Below, in pieces: positions 48,718-59,804 of a stretch of DNA of 64,000 bases. The notes beneath the pieces are model-generated. The model had not been told where the DNA came from. It did not search any database and saw nothing but the letters and a program-made list of their open reading frames with translations. The stretch is taken from NCBI GenBank assembly GCA_964389675.1, contig CAYMEV010000001.1, positions 62,001 to 126,000 on the forward strand, read 5' to 3'. Both the position numbers and the translations under genes were made by a program. The first letter of the stretch is position 1. Every line of letters begins with the position of its first letter. The stretch comes from an uncultured Candidatus Sumerlaeota bacterium. Lineage in GTDB: Bacteria; CAYMEV01.

Positions 48718-49807
48718 ACAGCTTATAATACTTTTCTGAGATAAGGTCCCATTTATATCTTCTTTCTGCAATCTCAGCAAGCCTGTGGCCGGGCTTTTTA
48801 ATTTTCTGCCCTGTAAATTCCCTCAGCAGCAGGATGAGGCTATCCCTGTCATTAAAATAAAATGCCTTATTCTCCGTTGTTTCCCTGTTATAGCATACAT
48901 CAAAGGCTATTACAGGTACATCGTAAAACATTATCTCCACAAGGGAAGGGTTTGTCCCCCCGGCGCTATGTCCGTGTATATAAAGGGATGACCTTTTTCT
49001 TATCTCACACAGGATGCTTCTGTCATATATGGCATCAGTAAGGTATATATTGCCGGAAGATGAATATTTTTCCCTGAGCTTCTGAGAATAGGAAGATGAA
49101 TCCCAGTTCCCTATTACTGCAATATTCAAATCCTTTTCAGATAAGAAAGCTTCAAGTATCATCTCTATATTATTCTCAGGTTCTATCCTGCATATCGATA
49201 ATGCATATGTTTTATTAATAAAAGGAAAGTCCTCCTCGCTGAGGGCTGTTTTCCTTCCAGCAATGATATCCCCGCCGTATTCAATTAGTTTGCTTTTTTT
49301 CCCAAACTCCTGGTTGATATAATCCCTTATGCATCGGTTATCGGATATAATAATGCTTGAGAACCTTATAGCCGATAGCCATGATAAATATAAAAACCAC
49401 TTTGCCGGCGTGCTCCATTTTGACCTTTTCCATTCCATTCCGTCAACATTGACAATTATCCTTTTCCGGGAGATGATCCGTATCAGGGGCAGTATCAGGC
49501 ATCCGGAAACACCGAGAATAAGGAGTACATCGCTTGCAAATACCGCATGAAATATAGAGACAATATCATAGAGGATACTGAATATACCGTTTGCTTTCAG
49601 CGGCAGGAATACAAGCCGGGTATCAGGGTAGGGCACTTTATCAGCCCTTTTATTTTTCATACCGCTGGCATACCTGCTGCAGTACACAACAAAGCTGATA
49701 CGGCTGTTCAGCCTTTCCACAAGGTTCTCGGCAACAGTTTCAAATCCTCCATAAGATGAAGGAATACCAGCTGTTCCAATAATACTAACCCTTTTTTTCT
49801 TTGACAT
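48710..49807 (-). CDS. GT4 glycosyltransferase with DUF1972 domain
   Basis: IIGTAGIPSSYGGFET, NVDGMEWKRSKW, RIEPENN, HGHSAGGTNPSLVE. Confidence 0.92.
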   Translation of the reverse strand: MSKKKRVSIIGTAGIPSSYGGFETVAENLVERLNSRISFVVYCSRYASGMKNKRADKVPYPDTRLVFLPLKANGIFSILYDIVSIFHAVFASDVLLILGVSGCLILPLIRIISRKRIIVNVDGMEWKRSKWSTPAKWFLYLSWLSAIRFSSIIISDNRCIRDYINQEFGKKSKLIEYGGDIIAGRKTALSEEDFPFINKTYALSICRIEPENNIEMILEAFLSEKDLNIAVIGNWDSSSYSQKLREKYSSSGNIYLTDAIYDRSILCEIRKRSSLYIHGHSAGGTNPSLVEIMFYDVPVIAFDVCYNRETTENKAFYFNDRDSLILLLREFTGQKIKKPGHRLAEIAERRYKWDLISEKYYKLFI

Positions 49808-51098
49808 CTAAGGATCCATCCCCTTCTTTAGAGAAAATAAGACCGAATACAGTAAAGTAAAAGATATTATTAACAACAAAATAGTACTGGTTTGCATTGA
49901 AATTCGAGACAACTGTCTTTGTCATGAAAAGGGCTGCCATATACCATCCGTAGTCTCTGTATTTCCTGAATAATATCAGAAAAAGCGTCAGATCAAGCAT
50001 GATAAATACAGCCAGGGCGATTGCCCCTTCTTCTGTCAGAATGCTCAGCCACTGGCTATGAATGGAAAGGTCTATCTTATCAAACCTTTTTCCCAGTACA
50101 TAGCTGTACTGGCCGGCTCCAACCCCTGTAAGAGGCGACTCTCTTATAAATATCCATACATCCTGGAACTGGTCGATCCTATGCTGATGTGTAGCCCCCC
50201 TTGCGGAAAATATATAATCATACAGATCAAAAACAAAGGTCTGAAATGAAAAATAAAGAATGATGGCGCAGATTATAACGATAAGCCCCTTCTTAAAAAG
50301 ATTTATAAGATCCAGCCCCCTCCTTCTGTTTTTGCCCTGGAAAAAGAAGATCACCAATAATCCAAAGCCTGCACCAAGATAGGCAATTCTTGTAAATGTA
50401 AAGACAAGGAATATAAAATTCAGGATGAATACTGCAGTATTCCAGGCGGACCGCCTTTTAATAAGAATATACAAGGTGATAATAAACAGTATTGCTCCGA
50501 GATTCCCGGCACCGTTCACACCGCCCCCGAACCCGTATGCCCTCCTTAAGCCTGCTTCAAGGACATCCTCCCCGAGTTTCCCCGGCAAAAACCGTTTATT
50601 GAAAATTACCTGTATAATCCCAAAAAAAGCATTGAAGAAAGCAAAATATGAGATGATGGAGAGGATGGTATTCTGTTTTATATGCATTGAATTGTTTTTT
50701 ATGGTCAGGAAAAGAAGAAAGATTATAAATGCATTAAATAGAAGCGAGGCATAGAAATTAAGGCTGTAGATCTCCATGTAGAACAGCTGCAGGATCATGG
50801 CGATTACAGGGAAAATAAGCATAAACCTTATAAAAAGGTATCTTTTTTGATTTACGCCTGATATGCGGTTGCTTCTAAAAACAATGAAGTTGTTCAGGCA
50901 TAGAAGAAACAGAACAGGAATATAGAATTCAAATACCCTCGCATTAAAATGGAGGTTCAGAGCTATAACTGCAACTGTCAAAGCTAGCATCAATATGATA
51001 AGAGGCCTTTTTTTCTCTGATACCATGTATAGAATATCCATCACAAAGAGAGAAAAGATAAAATAAAAGCCTAACAGGATCTTGATAATGAGCGTCAT
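49785..51098 (-). CDS. O-antigen polymerase/ligase (Wzy_C family) membrane protein
   Basis: Many TM helices; RAYG, TFTRIA, PLTGVGAGQY, IHSQWLSILTEEG. Confidence 0.85.
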   Translation of the reverse strand: MTLIIKILLGFYFIFSLFVMDILYMVSEKKRPLIILMLALTVAVIALNLHFNARVFEFYIPVLFLLCLNNFIVFRSNRISGVNQKRYLFIRFMLIFPVIAMILQLFYMEIYSLNFYASLLFNAFIIFLLFLTIKNNSMHIKQNTILSIISYFAFFNAFFGIIQVIFNKRFLPGKLGEDVLEAGLRRAYGFGGGVNGAGNLGAILFIITLYILIKRRSAWNTAVFILNFIFLVFTFTRIAYLGAGFGLLVIFFFQGKNRRRGLDLINLFKKGLIVIICAIILYFSFQTFVFDLYDYIFSARGATHQHRIDQFQDVWIFIRESPLTGVGAGQYSYVLGKRFDKIDLSIHSQWLSILTEEGAIALAVFIMLDLTLFLILFRKYRDYGWYMAALFMTKTVVSNFNANQYYFVVNNIFYFTVFGLIFSKEGDGSLDVKEKKG

Positions 51099-52567
51099 TG
51101 CCTTCTCATGCTCCCCAGATATTTCCTCGAATAATCAATGAAGAACTGCACAAAGGATGCTATTTCGGCCCTTCTTATAAACCGGCTGCCGATTGCAAAG
51201 ATTACGAAGATGATCAGCATTAGAACCTTAAGAAAGATGCCCTGGTAAAACCCTTTAAAAATAAACGATGTCAGGTAATATGAACCTGCATATACAAGGC
51301 CTGATGCCATAAATATACTTATATAACCTGCATAATTAAACCCTATGGGATAAAGAAGCCTGATGACAGCAAATTTTACTGTCAATACGATGAAAAATGA
51401 TGTCATTGTTGCAATTGAGGCACCTACTATTCCATATTCAGGTACAAGGAAATAATTTAATATTATATTGATTATTGCAGCACCAGCCATAATTATGGAC
51501 ATAATCCATGTCTTTTTTATTATATGAAATACAAAGCTTGTTATGGCATGCAATCCGTAAAAAACATATGAAATACATAATAAATATACTATATACTGAG
51601 CATTTATATAATTTTCATTTGCAAGGACCATTATTAATTCTTTTGAAAATAGTGACAGAAAAAGGGCCATGGAGAGTGCAAACATCAAATAATACCTCAT
51701 GAATCTTCTGAATGAATCCTTCAGCTGTCCGGGGGATTTGATAAGCGAAAATATATATGGCCCGAAAGCCCTGGTAATAGGAAAAACCGTAAGTATAAGC
51801 AGTATCGAGGAGATCTTGTATCCAAGCGAATAAACACCAACATCCTCCAGGGTTTTAAACTCTTTAAGAAATACCCTGTCTGAATAGTTGAGCAAAAAGG
51901 CGGCTAACTGGCCAGGTATTAATGGAGCTGAAAATTTCAGCATATCAAGTATAAAAGAGCCTGAGAAGCTGATCGATATTTCCCTGCCTGACACCAGGAT
52001 AAGCATGAGAAATTCCAATAAAGCCCCGATAAGCTTGGCGTATAAAATACCTTCAAGCCCGAGATCAAAAACAACTACGAAAGATATGGTGATCCCGATG
52101 GTGCTGATCAGGGTGATGATGCTGATCATCATATACATAAATGCCTTCTGCCTTACCTGCAGGTGGCTGTACAGGCTTATGCTTACAGCATGTATCGCTG
52201 TAGCAGTTATAATCAGCCTGAAAAGAAATTTGCCATTGGAAAAATCAAAGATATGAACGCTGAAGAACTCTGCAAAATATAAAAACAGCAGGCACATAAA
52301 AAGGGAACTGGACAGTGAAAACCAGAAAGCAGTACTGAAAGCGCTCCCTTTTGAATCCTCATCAAAATACTTCCTTATGTATCCGCTGCTTATATTAAAG
52401 CAGAAGAACATCAGGCTGATCGCTGCAACCATATTTATAAGCTCGAGGATGCCGAAGGATTCTACGGCAAGATATGCGGTATAGACAGGTACAAGGAGGA
52501 TATTTATGCTTTTTGAAAGAATATTGCCAATGCCGTAGATAGACAGGTTTTTATAGAGAGATCTCAT
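51095..52567 (-). CDS. wzx: Wzx-type polysaccharide flippase
   Basis: IYGIGNILSK..LLVPVYT, MLKFSAP, SDR, VGVYS..YKI, NIILNYFLVPEYGIVGASIAT. Confidence 0.9.
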   Translation of the reverse strand: MRSLYKNLSIYGIGNILSKSINILLVPVYTAYLAVESFGILELINMVAAISLMFFCFNISSGYIRKYFDEDSKGSAFSTAFWFSLSSSLFMCLLFLYFAEFFSVHIFDFSNGKFLFRLIITATAIHAVSISLYSHLQVRQKAFMYMMISIITLISTIGITISFVVVFDLGLEGILYAKLIGALLEFLMLILVSGREISISFSGSFILDMLKFSAPLIPGQLAAFLLNYSDRVFLKEFKTLEDVGVYSLGYKISSILLILTVFPITRAFGPYIFSLIKSPGQLKDSFRRFMRYYLMFALSMALFLSLFSKELIMVLANENYINAQYIVYLLCISYVFYGLHAITSFVFHIIKKTWIMSIIMAGAAIINIILNYFLVPEYGIVGASIATMTSFFIVLTVKFAVIRLLYPIGFNYAGYISIFMASGLVYAGSYYLTSFIFKGFYQGIFLKVLMLIIFVIFAIGSRFIRRAEIASFVQFFIDYSRKYLGSMRRQ

Positions 52568-53181
52568 ATCTTCTTCAGGAGGTTCTTAATTTTTCTTGAA
52601 AATGCATAATATTTGAGTCTGTAGATGGTTTTTTTTACACGGTACCCTACCTGGTTCATTACATTAATGGCATACTGATTGGTGTAAAGGACACCTCCGT
52701 ATATCCTTTTGATATTCATGGATTTGCAGTAATCAGCTGTCCTGAACATCATGAACTTGTGAAGCCCCCTGGAACGGTATTTAGGCACCGTGAAGGAATC
52801 AATCAAATATGCATCATTTTCCCTGAGATCAACCATGTACCTCATCATCTCAGAGTAATTGGGGGAGAACTGTATCCATCTCAGATAGGCAATTTCTCCT
52901 GTACTCCTGTCTAAAAGCACCAGCCCTGTAAATTCATCTTTCCTGCATAAACGGTCCAGTGAAATCGCATAATAATCAACTTTATCATCCAGAAATCCCC
53001 TGCTTCTGTAGGATGAATAATCTCTGATGCGCTTAAGGTCATCTTCACTGTCAGTCAGTTCCCTGAATTCAAAATTCTCGCCGGCACCCTTGTAAAGAGG
53101 GTTGAAATTGTCCACATCCAGCTCAAAATAATAGAATTTATCAAAGAGCCTGTAAAACAGCCTTTTTATTAATGCTTTCAT
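52564..53181 (-). CDS. GNAT family acetyltransferase
   Basis: YLIDSFTVPKYRSRGL motif A; N..A...VGY. Confidence 0.8.
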   Translation of the reverse strand: MKALIKRLFYRLFDKFYYFELDVDNFNPLYKGAGENFEFRELTDSEDDLKRIRDYSSYRSRGFLDDKVDYYAISLDRLCRKDEFTGLVLLDRSTGEIAYLRWIQFSPNYSEMMRYMVDLRENDAYLIDSFTVPKYRSRGLHKFMMFRTADYCKSMNIKRIYGGVLYTNQYAINVMNQVGYRVKKTIYRLKYYAFSRKIKNLLKKI

Positions 53182-53189
53182 CTAAGTCT

Positions 53190-54305
53190 TTATATATCCT
53201 CCAGTTGTTTATAAAGCTCTCTTTCCTGTGCAATGGCTTTTCTATTCAATAAATACCTGCAGATACCTGACCTGAGTGTATTGCCGGGATAGATGAAACT
53301 CCTCAGATAATTCAGTTTTCTGCTGAAGTGAAACTTATAGCTGTCAGCACCGGGGCCGAGGCATAATGAATTATACTTTCCTGAATAGTGATAGACTGTC
53401 CGGTCAATTACAAGGGAACCAAATGATATATTCATGGGATTCTCATAGTTTCTGTCATAGCTTCCATCAATGGCATAGACCACACCGTTATATAAAAAAC
53501 CTGTATTGTAGGCAATACATATTTCTTTTTCAAAATATGCGACACAGTATGGGTTTTCAACATTCATGATGATATCAGACATAAATTTGCCTTTGTCTTT
53601 ATCTTCATAGTTGCTGTGCTTATTGGAGAGAAGCTTGGTGCCTGAGACAGCCTTGAGGTCATCCATGATTTTTATAATATCACCCGGGTCCTGCAGGACC
53701 TTATAATTGATCAGAATACCCGATCTTGACAGTTTATTATTATATTTCTTCAAGTTTTTCTTAAGGTTCTTTGAATAGCTTTCTTTTATTATCTCAGGAT
53801 AGTCTGCTCCGATTGGTAATTCCGTGCATGTCGAAACATCATGCATATACCTCTCAAAACCATTAAAATTCTTTGAAAAATCCGGTATGTATAAAAGCTT
53901 GAGAATGTCAAAATCCTCATTCTCATCCAGGTAATCCAGAAACAGCCCGAGGCAGCTTTCCCTCCTGCTACTGATCAGGTCAGAGTATATGCATGCCCAT
54001 TGCTGTCCCAGAAATTCAATATATCTCAACCTGAGCTTTTTTCCTGCTATTTTCCTGATCCGGTCTACCCTGATAAATGGAGCAGCAGCGGTCAGTACTC
54101 CGTCTTCTCTCAGCAGCAGTACGCATAGCCTCTTGTTAAAACCGAATATACTGTCTTCAACATCCCTGAAACTTTCCCAGTAAGTCTTGAGCCATTCATG
54201 ATTAATTGTCAATATTCTGTTATTGCATTTATTTTCCAGGTTTTTCCATTCAAGGTTAATTGAGCAAAATTCTTCTGAACTTTCTATCTTTTCTATTTCC
54301 AACAT
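53190..54305 (-). CDS. GNAT acyltransferase (CelD/BcsL-like)
   Basis: EWLKTYW, AAAPF, SFGSL, LGPGADSYK. Confidence 0.8.
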   Translation of the reverse strand: MLEIEKIESSEEFCSINLEWKNLENKCNNRILTINHEWLKTYWESFRDVEDSIFGFNKRLCVLLLREDGVLTAAAPFIRVDRIRKIAGKKLRLRYIEFLGQQWACIYSDLISSRRESCLGLFLDYLDENEDFDILKLLYIPDFSKNFNGFERYMHDVSTCTELPIGADYPEIIKESYSKNLKKNLKKYNNKLSRSGILINYKVLQDPGDIIKIMDDLKAVSGTKLLSNKHSNYEDKDKGKFMSDIIMNVENPYCVAYFEKEICIAYNTGFLYNGVVYAIDGSYDRNYENPMNISFGSLVIDRTVYHYSGKYNSLCLGPGADSYKFHFSRKLNYLRSFIYPGNTLRSGICRYLLNRKAIAQERELYKQLEDI

Positions 54306-55471
54306 CAGATCAGTCTGTACTTTCCGGGTTTAAGGCCATTATAGACCCAGTAGCCGTTTTTATAAAGGCCATGCTGTCTTTCATTATTTTCCAGATTAAG
54401 GATTTCATTTTTATCATGCCTGATTGATATTTCAGGTTCAGAACAACTGCCTGTGTTTATGATCTCAAATCTGTTCTCATCTACCTCTTTGATCTCGATA
54501 CTTTTATAATTGTTAAAATATTCAGCTAATTCACCGCATTTAGTATGCCAGACATCATAGCCCCGCAATATCCCGTATATTTCATCAATGGAATTCAGAT
54601 CGTCATAAATATTATATCTTTGCCTCCTGCCGTCAGTCCTGCTGTTTTGACAGTGTTCCTGAATTGTTATCGGAAGCCCTTTCTCATAAAGGTAGGACAG
54701 AAAAGCCCTGTTTTTATAAAGGGAGTAACCGGTTTTAATATATTTCAGGACAGGAAAGCGATATTTATCAAGTGAAAGGCTGTATTTTCTGAAAATATCT
54801 CCGCTGACATTTGCAGGTATATTTACAATATTGCAGCCATCCCCGATATAACTGCATTCATTCCCTCCTGATTTCCTGTTCATCATATCTGCTGATGATA
54901 CCCACCATTTAAAACCCAGTTCCTTTATAATGCCTGTCAGGAATTCATTGTTTTTGTATCCGGGTGTCTTGCCTCCTCTCATCCTGATACCTGAAATTTT
55001 TTCAAAGCTGTCCAATGCCTGCCTTATAGCCCCGGTATCCCCGAAGTTAAAGTATTCAAATTCATTCTCCCATACTGAAAAGGAAGGATTATCAGGATCC
55101 TTGTACCTTCCATGGTGTATGCCATGAAATGCAAACTCAAACCTGTCTGACAGCATTCCGGAAAACGTAATGAAATCTTCATCATATTCCCTGAAGAAGA
55201 CCCTGTATCCCGCATTTCTGTTCTGGGCTCCATGCTTTTCCAGAGGCATAAAGACAGTCCCCCTTATCTCCGGGTATTTATCAAACAGGTTTTTGTACAG
55301 GTAGGCAAACAGTGAATCCTGATCCATCATACCGTACCCCCAGTCATTTGAAGGGTTCAGGGTACCGTCGATGCTTGTATATGTCAGAGAAAGATCATCA
55401 AGGAATAATATGCAGCATGTTTTATGGTCATTGAAATACCTGCATTTTTCTATTCTATTCATTCTTTTCAT
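54305..55471 (-). CDS. Polysaccharide deacetylase-like protein
   Basis: LFLDD, EFAFHGIHH, GGKTPGY (NodB-like metal motifs). Confidence 0.6.
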   Translation of the reverse strand: MKRMNRIEKCRYFNDHKTCCILFLDDLSLTYTSIDGTLNPSNDWGYGMMDQDSLFAYLYKNLFDKYPEIRGTVFMPLEKHGAQNRNAGYRVFFREYDEDFITFSGMLSDRFEFAFHGIHHGRYKDPDNPSFSVWENEFEYFNFGDTGAIRQALDSFEKISGIRMRGGKTPGYKNNEFLTGIIKELGFKWWVSSADMMNRKSGGNECSYIGDGCNIVNIPANVSGDIFRKYSLSLDKYRFPVLKYIKTGYSLYKNRAFLSYLYEKGLPITIQEHCQNSRTDGRRQRYNIYDDLNSIDEIYGILRGYDVWHTKCGELAEYFNNYKSIEIKEVDENRFEIINTGSCSEPEISIRHDKNEILNLENNERQHGLYKNGYWVYNGLKPGKYRLI

Positions 55472-56456
55472 TCAGCACTTCCAATACCTTATTTTCCAGA
55501 TCATCAATATTCCTGTTCTCAAAAAGCACAGCATCCCTGTGCCTTTTACAGCAATTGCTCGCAATAGCCGGGCAGTTAAAGTATAAAGCCTCATCGATGC
55601 TGATGCCGTAACCATCCTTATAGGTAGGCCTGATAAATATATCGGCCTTTTTCAGCAAAGGCCAGTATTCATCTTTGTTTATCAAAAAGAAGAGATTATT
55701 TTCTATATTTGATTCGCCTGCACTTTTTTTGATCTTTTCATAATAATCCCTGTCATTTATCTCAGCCAGCGCAAAAATCAAGCCTGCAGAAGGGAATTTT
55801 GCAGTCAGCCTTTTCATTAGCATAAGGCACAGGTCAATCCCGTACAGGTCTATACCGTCTCTGAACAAAATCCTTGATGCATTCGCAATGATCAGAGGAG
55901 AATGGTTTTCTATGAAATCAGTTATATCCGCACTCAATGATCTTATAAGATTTTCCTCACTCTTATATGGAGGTATAAAGGCATTTTGTATGACAGGCTG
56001 CAGGGGAAGGTTAAAGCCCTGTTTCTCCATCTCTTTCAAAATAGCATCTCCCACAAGGACAAGACGTGAAAGAGATACAGCGGATATATCCTTCCTGACC
56101 CATCTCAAATTATGGTTATTATGGACAATAAGTATGATTTCCAGTCTGAGGGCAGATTTCAGGCATTTTATGAGAAATCGGGACAGGCCCCCCACATAGC
56201 TGTTAAAAAGTATAACCCTGTATCTCCTGAATAGAATAAAGTATACAAGTTTCAGTGCATTGATAATTTTTTGATATAAATTATGAGGATATCTTAAAAA
56301 CCTGAGATCAATTCTCTTTCTGGAGAGGAGATTGATTAATCTGTCGCAAAAAACGGACACTCCTCCGATTGGAGGCGGAAGCGGGCCTGAAATAATTATT
56401 TTGTTTACCGGGTATTTTCCAAAAAGGGATTTTATAAGTTCATTCTCATCAAACAT
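55455..56456 (-). CDS. GT4 glycosyltransferase
   Basis: GPLPPPIGGVS, ADIFIRPTYKDGYGISIDEAL. Confidence 0.88.
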   Translation of the reverse strand: MFDENELIKSLFGKYPVNKIIISGPLPPPIGGVSVFCDRLINLLSRKRIDLRFLRYPHNLYQKIINALKLVYFILFRRYRVILFNSYVGGLSRFLIKCLKSALRLEIILIVHNNHNLRWVRKDISAVSLSRLVLVGDAILKEMEKQGFNLPLQPVIQNAFIPPYKSEENLIRSLSADITDFIENHSPLIIANASRILFRDGIDLYGIDLCLMLMKRLTAKFPSAGLIFALAEINDRDYYEKIKKSAGESNIENNLFFLINKDEYWPLLKKADIFIRPTYKDGYGISIDEALYFNCPAIASNCCKRHRDAVLFENRNIDDLENKVLEVLNEKNE

Positions 56457-56628
56457 TGTTCATACTCTGTTTCATATGCGATATAATCATTAATCATTTG
56501 CTTTTGTCAAGTTTTTTTGATAAAGAGAGTATTCGGATCATAATAATAATCATGTTTTGTGATTTTATTTGCTTTATTTGAAATTTTGGATACCATCTGA
56601 AACTGAAAAAAAATAACGGGAATTTAAT

Positions 56629-58185
56629 ATGGAAAATGAAAAAAAACCTGACTCCGGCAATATTATAGAGCCCTCTGCAAACCTTCTGATACTCTATGAG
56701 ACTCTTAAGAAAAAAAAGAGGCTGATTATCAGATGCTTCATATTTTTAAGTATACTGCTTTTCGGCCTGGCATATTTTCTCTATATCTGCCAGATAAAGA
56801 AATATACAACCGAGGCAGAATTCACACTGGCTTTTGATGGCGTCACAAGCGGAAGGTATCCAAACAATGCAGCCTTTGATGAGGCAGATATCCTGGATTT
56901 ATCGATATTAACAGAGGTATACAGGAATAATTTCCTGGAACCGGTTATGGATTTTACAGAATTTAAGGATGCCATTACAATAACTCAGACAAATGATAAT
57001 ATTGCCATGCTTGAGATGGAATATTCATACAAATATTATGAACCAAAGCTTTCTCTGAGTGAAAAGATGAAACTGGAAGAGCTTTTCAGAAGCCGGAAGG
57101 AAAGCATGCAGAAACCTGTTTTCAAAATATCCTTTTCCCGGGAGTCAAGGTTTGAAAAGCTGGCGCATGTGCAGAAAGCAAAGATCATAAATGACATATT
57201 GAGAGAATATTCAGTATTTGCTGCAAAGCTGAAGGGAGCTAATCAGTACAGAGCTTCCCTAATAAGTACAGAGATCCTCAAGGATCTAAAAAACTACGAA
57301 AACCAGCCTCTGATACATCTGGACAAGGTCCAGACAATAATTGATGAACTCCTTGAAGACATAGATTTTATAAAGAATATGCCCGGGGCATCACTTATCA
57401 GGATCAAGGATGGAATTACCATTTTTGACCTTGAATATTATATCAAGCATCTGCAATTCAATGAATTAATGCCTTCAGCACTGATTGCAAAGGAGATCAT
57501 GGATTCAGATGAGATCCTTCTGAATATTAATTATATCAAGATCCGGCTTAACACACTCGAGCTGGAAAAAGAAAAGCTTGACTCGCAATATGAATCATAT
57601 AAGCAGAACCTTTTCAGTTATGTTAAAAGCTCCAACCCAGCAGCCAGGCTGTTTGATACTGAATCCCCGTATATGACGGAAAGTGAATATCCGAGAGAAC
57701 CTTCTTACATGATACCTCAGTTCAGCTCATCCTTTGTAGAGACAATAATGGATCTTTTCAAAGAAGAATATGATTCAAAGTTCATACAGGAGCTTATATC
57801 GAAGATATCCTCAGTCGGGATAGATAAAACGATGATCGACAACAGGATCAACAAATACAATTCACTGCTCAAAAACCTCAATGATTACAAGGCTTTACTG
57901 CCTGAATCCCTTATCCCGGCAGAACCGGAAGCATCATTCCTGCTTACAAAGGATCAGATAGTGACCAACCTGCGTAATATTATTAATGATATGAATGCTA
58001 TCTATAGTCAGTTGACACGGCTTAATACAAAGTCCGAAAGCATAATCTACCGCTTTACAAAACCTGCCTTTACAAAAATCCAGATAGATTATATGGGATA
58101 TCAGATATTCATTATTGCATTGCTTGTACTGGTATTGATAATGTCTGTTCTTCTGGCATCTATCCTGTTCATATATCACAGGTGA
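56629..58185 (+). CDS. Wzz/polysaccharide co-polymerase-like protein (2 TM, long helical periplasmic region)
   Basis: TM near each end, coiled-coil middle, FDGVTSGRYPN motif; context. Confidence 0.55.
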   Translation: MENEKKPDSGNIIEPSANLLILYETLKKKKRLIIRCFIFLSILLFGLAYFLYICQIKKYTTEAEFTLAFDGVTSGRYPNNAAFDEADILDLSILTEVYRNNFLEPVMDFTEFKDAITITQTNDNIAMLEMEYSYKYYEPKLSLSEKMKLEELFRSRKESMQKPVFKISFSRESRFEKLAHVQKAKIINDILREYSVFAAKLKGANQYRASLISTEILKDLKNYENQPLIHLDKVQTIIDELLEDIDFIKNMPGASLIRIKDGITIFDLEYYIKHLQFNELMPSALIAKEIMDSDEILLNINYIKIRLNTLELEKEKLDSQYESYKQNLFSYVKSSNPAARLFDTESPYMTESEYPREPSYMIPQFSSSFVETIMDLFKEEYDSKFIQELISKISSVGIDKTMIDNRINKYNSLLKNLNDYKALLPESLIPAEPEASFLLTKDQIVTNLRNIINDMNAIYSQLTRLNTKSESIIYRFTKPAFTKIQIDYMGYQIFIIALLVLVLIMSVLLASILFIYHR

Positions 58186-58192
58186 CCTGAGA

Positions 58193-59701
58193 TTATCTGC
58201 CTTTCTTTTTTTTGGAAGCCTCGCTGATAATAAAAAGGACGGCAAACCAGGCAAACATACACAAAAGAAAGACCCTTCTGAAGCCTATTTTCCTGCTTAT
58301 GACAGTGGAAGGCTCTGTCTTAACGGCATACAGGCTTCCTTCACTGTTTACAAGGTCGGTTATGCTTATCTTTCTGTAGAGATTATTCAGCTCGCCTATT
58401 ATGTATGTAAGCTCACTGGAAATATCCTCTATGCTTTCGGTTACATATTCCCTGGTCACAAGCCTCTTGGAGGGATCCTTTGAAAAATTGACATTTTCCT
58501 TTATGATCTTCTGCAGCTCAAGATAGCCTTCAAGGTCCTTTTCAGCTTCTGTTATCGACAGGGATGAATTTATTATTTTATTTATGATGTTCTGCCTGAA
58601 CTCATAATCAACATTGTTCCTTGCAATGCTGATTATATTATCAAGGAAGGAAATTCCAACCCTTGACGGAACATTTTTGCTACCCGGCCTGTCATCGCCT
58701 GCCTTACTGATCATTGCCCCTTCATCTGTATATATGCTTAGATAGAGGCTGAATGATGTGTCATATATCTCCTTGATATTGTAAAGAAGGGCCATATTGG
58801 TATTAAGGTAGGAAATAATATTGCTCAGATAGATGTCTATGTAAAAGTGTTCTGCCTTATCCTCTGTAGTGATTAAAAATGACAGGGGCGTTATTTTATG
58901 GCTTTCAAGCGCATTCAGCATATATTCCATATCGCTGATACCCAGGCCTTCATCTGTATATGCAGTTCTTACGGAAGGAATAGAACCCAGTGACCTTATA
59001 TTATCCCGGACATAGCTTACCATACTTTTTGTTTTATCCAGGAATACAAACCAGTTATCATTTGTATCCAGATAATCATTATATTTCAGTATATTCTCAG
59101 TTGTTATAGGGAACTGGTACAGGCATATGCTCCTTTCGTCAATCGATACTTCCCTCCAGCATTCCAGAATATCCGTAAATATTTTTGAGGCTGTATCCAG
59201 TGGCAGGCTGTTATCCCTCCTCAGGAAAATAAAGGTATAATTAGGGTCAAAGGCTGTATTCAGTTTTGATTTATACTCATCTTCCAGCCATATTCTTTCC
59301 CTGGGATCAATATCATGGCTCTTCAGCCTGCCGAAGTATTCGGCCTGAAGCTTATGTGGGGTGTCATTCTTCTGAATGATGGCAATGGAGTTTACAAAAT
59401 CCCTGTAATCAATATAACTCTCAAGCCTGTTCTTCTCATAGACCTTCTCCAGTATTTCCCCGGAGATTATATCATTAGCATTGAAAAGCAGTCCGTTAGG
59501 GTATTCCCCTCTTGATATCCCGCTGAATAAAAGCTCAAAATCCATCTCGTAATAGGCAGTTGTACCCTGCATAAAAAAAATCAGGATTGCAGCAATGATA
59601 AAGACCGTTAAGCTGATCAGAAAAGCCCCTGCTGAACAGTTTAACCTCATTGGAAAATCCTTTATCAGATCCTTAAATTTCCCTTTAAAAAAAATGGACA
59701 A
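58193..59701 (-). CDS. Wzz-like protein, paralog of 56629-58185
   Basis: Same architecture; FSGISRGEYPN motif; start uncertain. Confidence 0.55.
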   Translation of the reverse strand: MSIFFKGKFKDLIKDFPMRLNCSAGAFLISLTVFIIAAILIFFMQGTTAYYEMDFELLFSGISRGEYPNGLLFNANDIISGEILEKVYEKNRLESYIDYRDFVNSIAIIQKNDTPHKLQAEYFGRLKSHDIDPRERIWLEDEYKSKLNTAFDPNYTFIFLRRDNSLPLDTASKIFTDILECWREVSIDERSICLYQFPITTENILKYNDYLDTNDNWFVFLDKTKSMVSYVRDNIRSLGSIPSVRTAYTDEGLGISDMEYMLNALESHKITPLSFLITTEDKAEHFYIDIYLSNIISYLNTNMALLYNIKEIYDTSFSLYLSIYTDEGAMISKAGDDRPGSKNVPSRVGISFLDNIISIARNNVDYEFRQNIINKIINSSLSITEAEKDLEGYLELQKIIKENVNFSKDPSKRLVTREYVTESIEDISSELTYIIGELNNLYRKISITDLVNSEGSLYAVKTEPSTVISRKIGFRRVFLLCMFAWFAVLFIISEASKKKKGR

Positions 59702-59804
59702 AATAAATCTCCCGTCTAATTTCTGTTTTTATATCTCAAGTGCAAATCGATACAATTATTGCAGAGAATCAAAAAATATCAAGTGAAAAAAGATTTGCAT
59801 TTTA

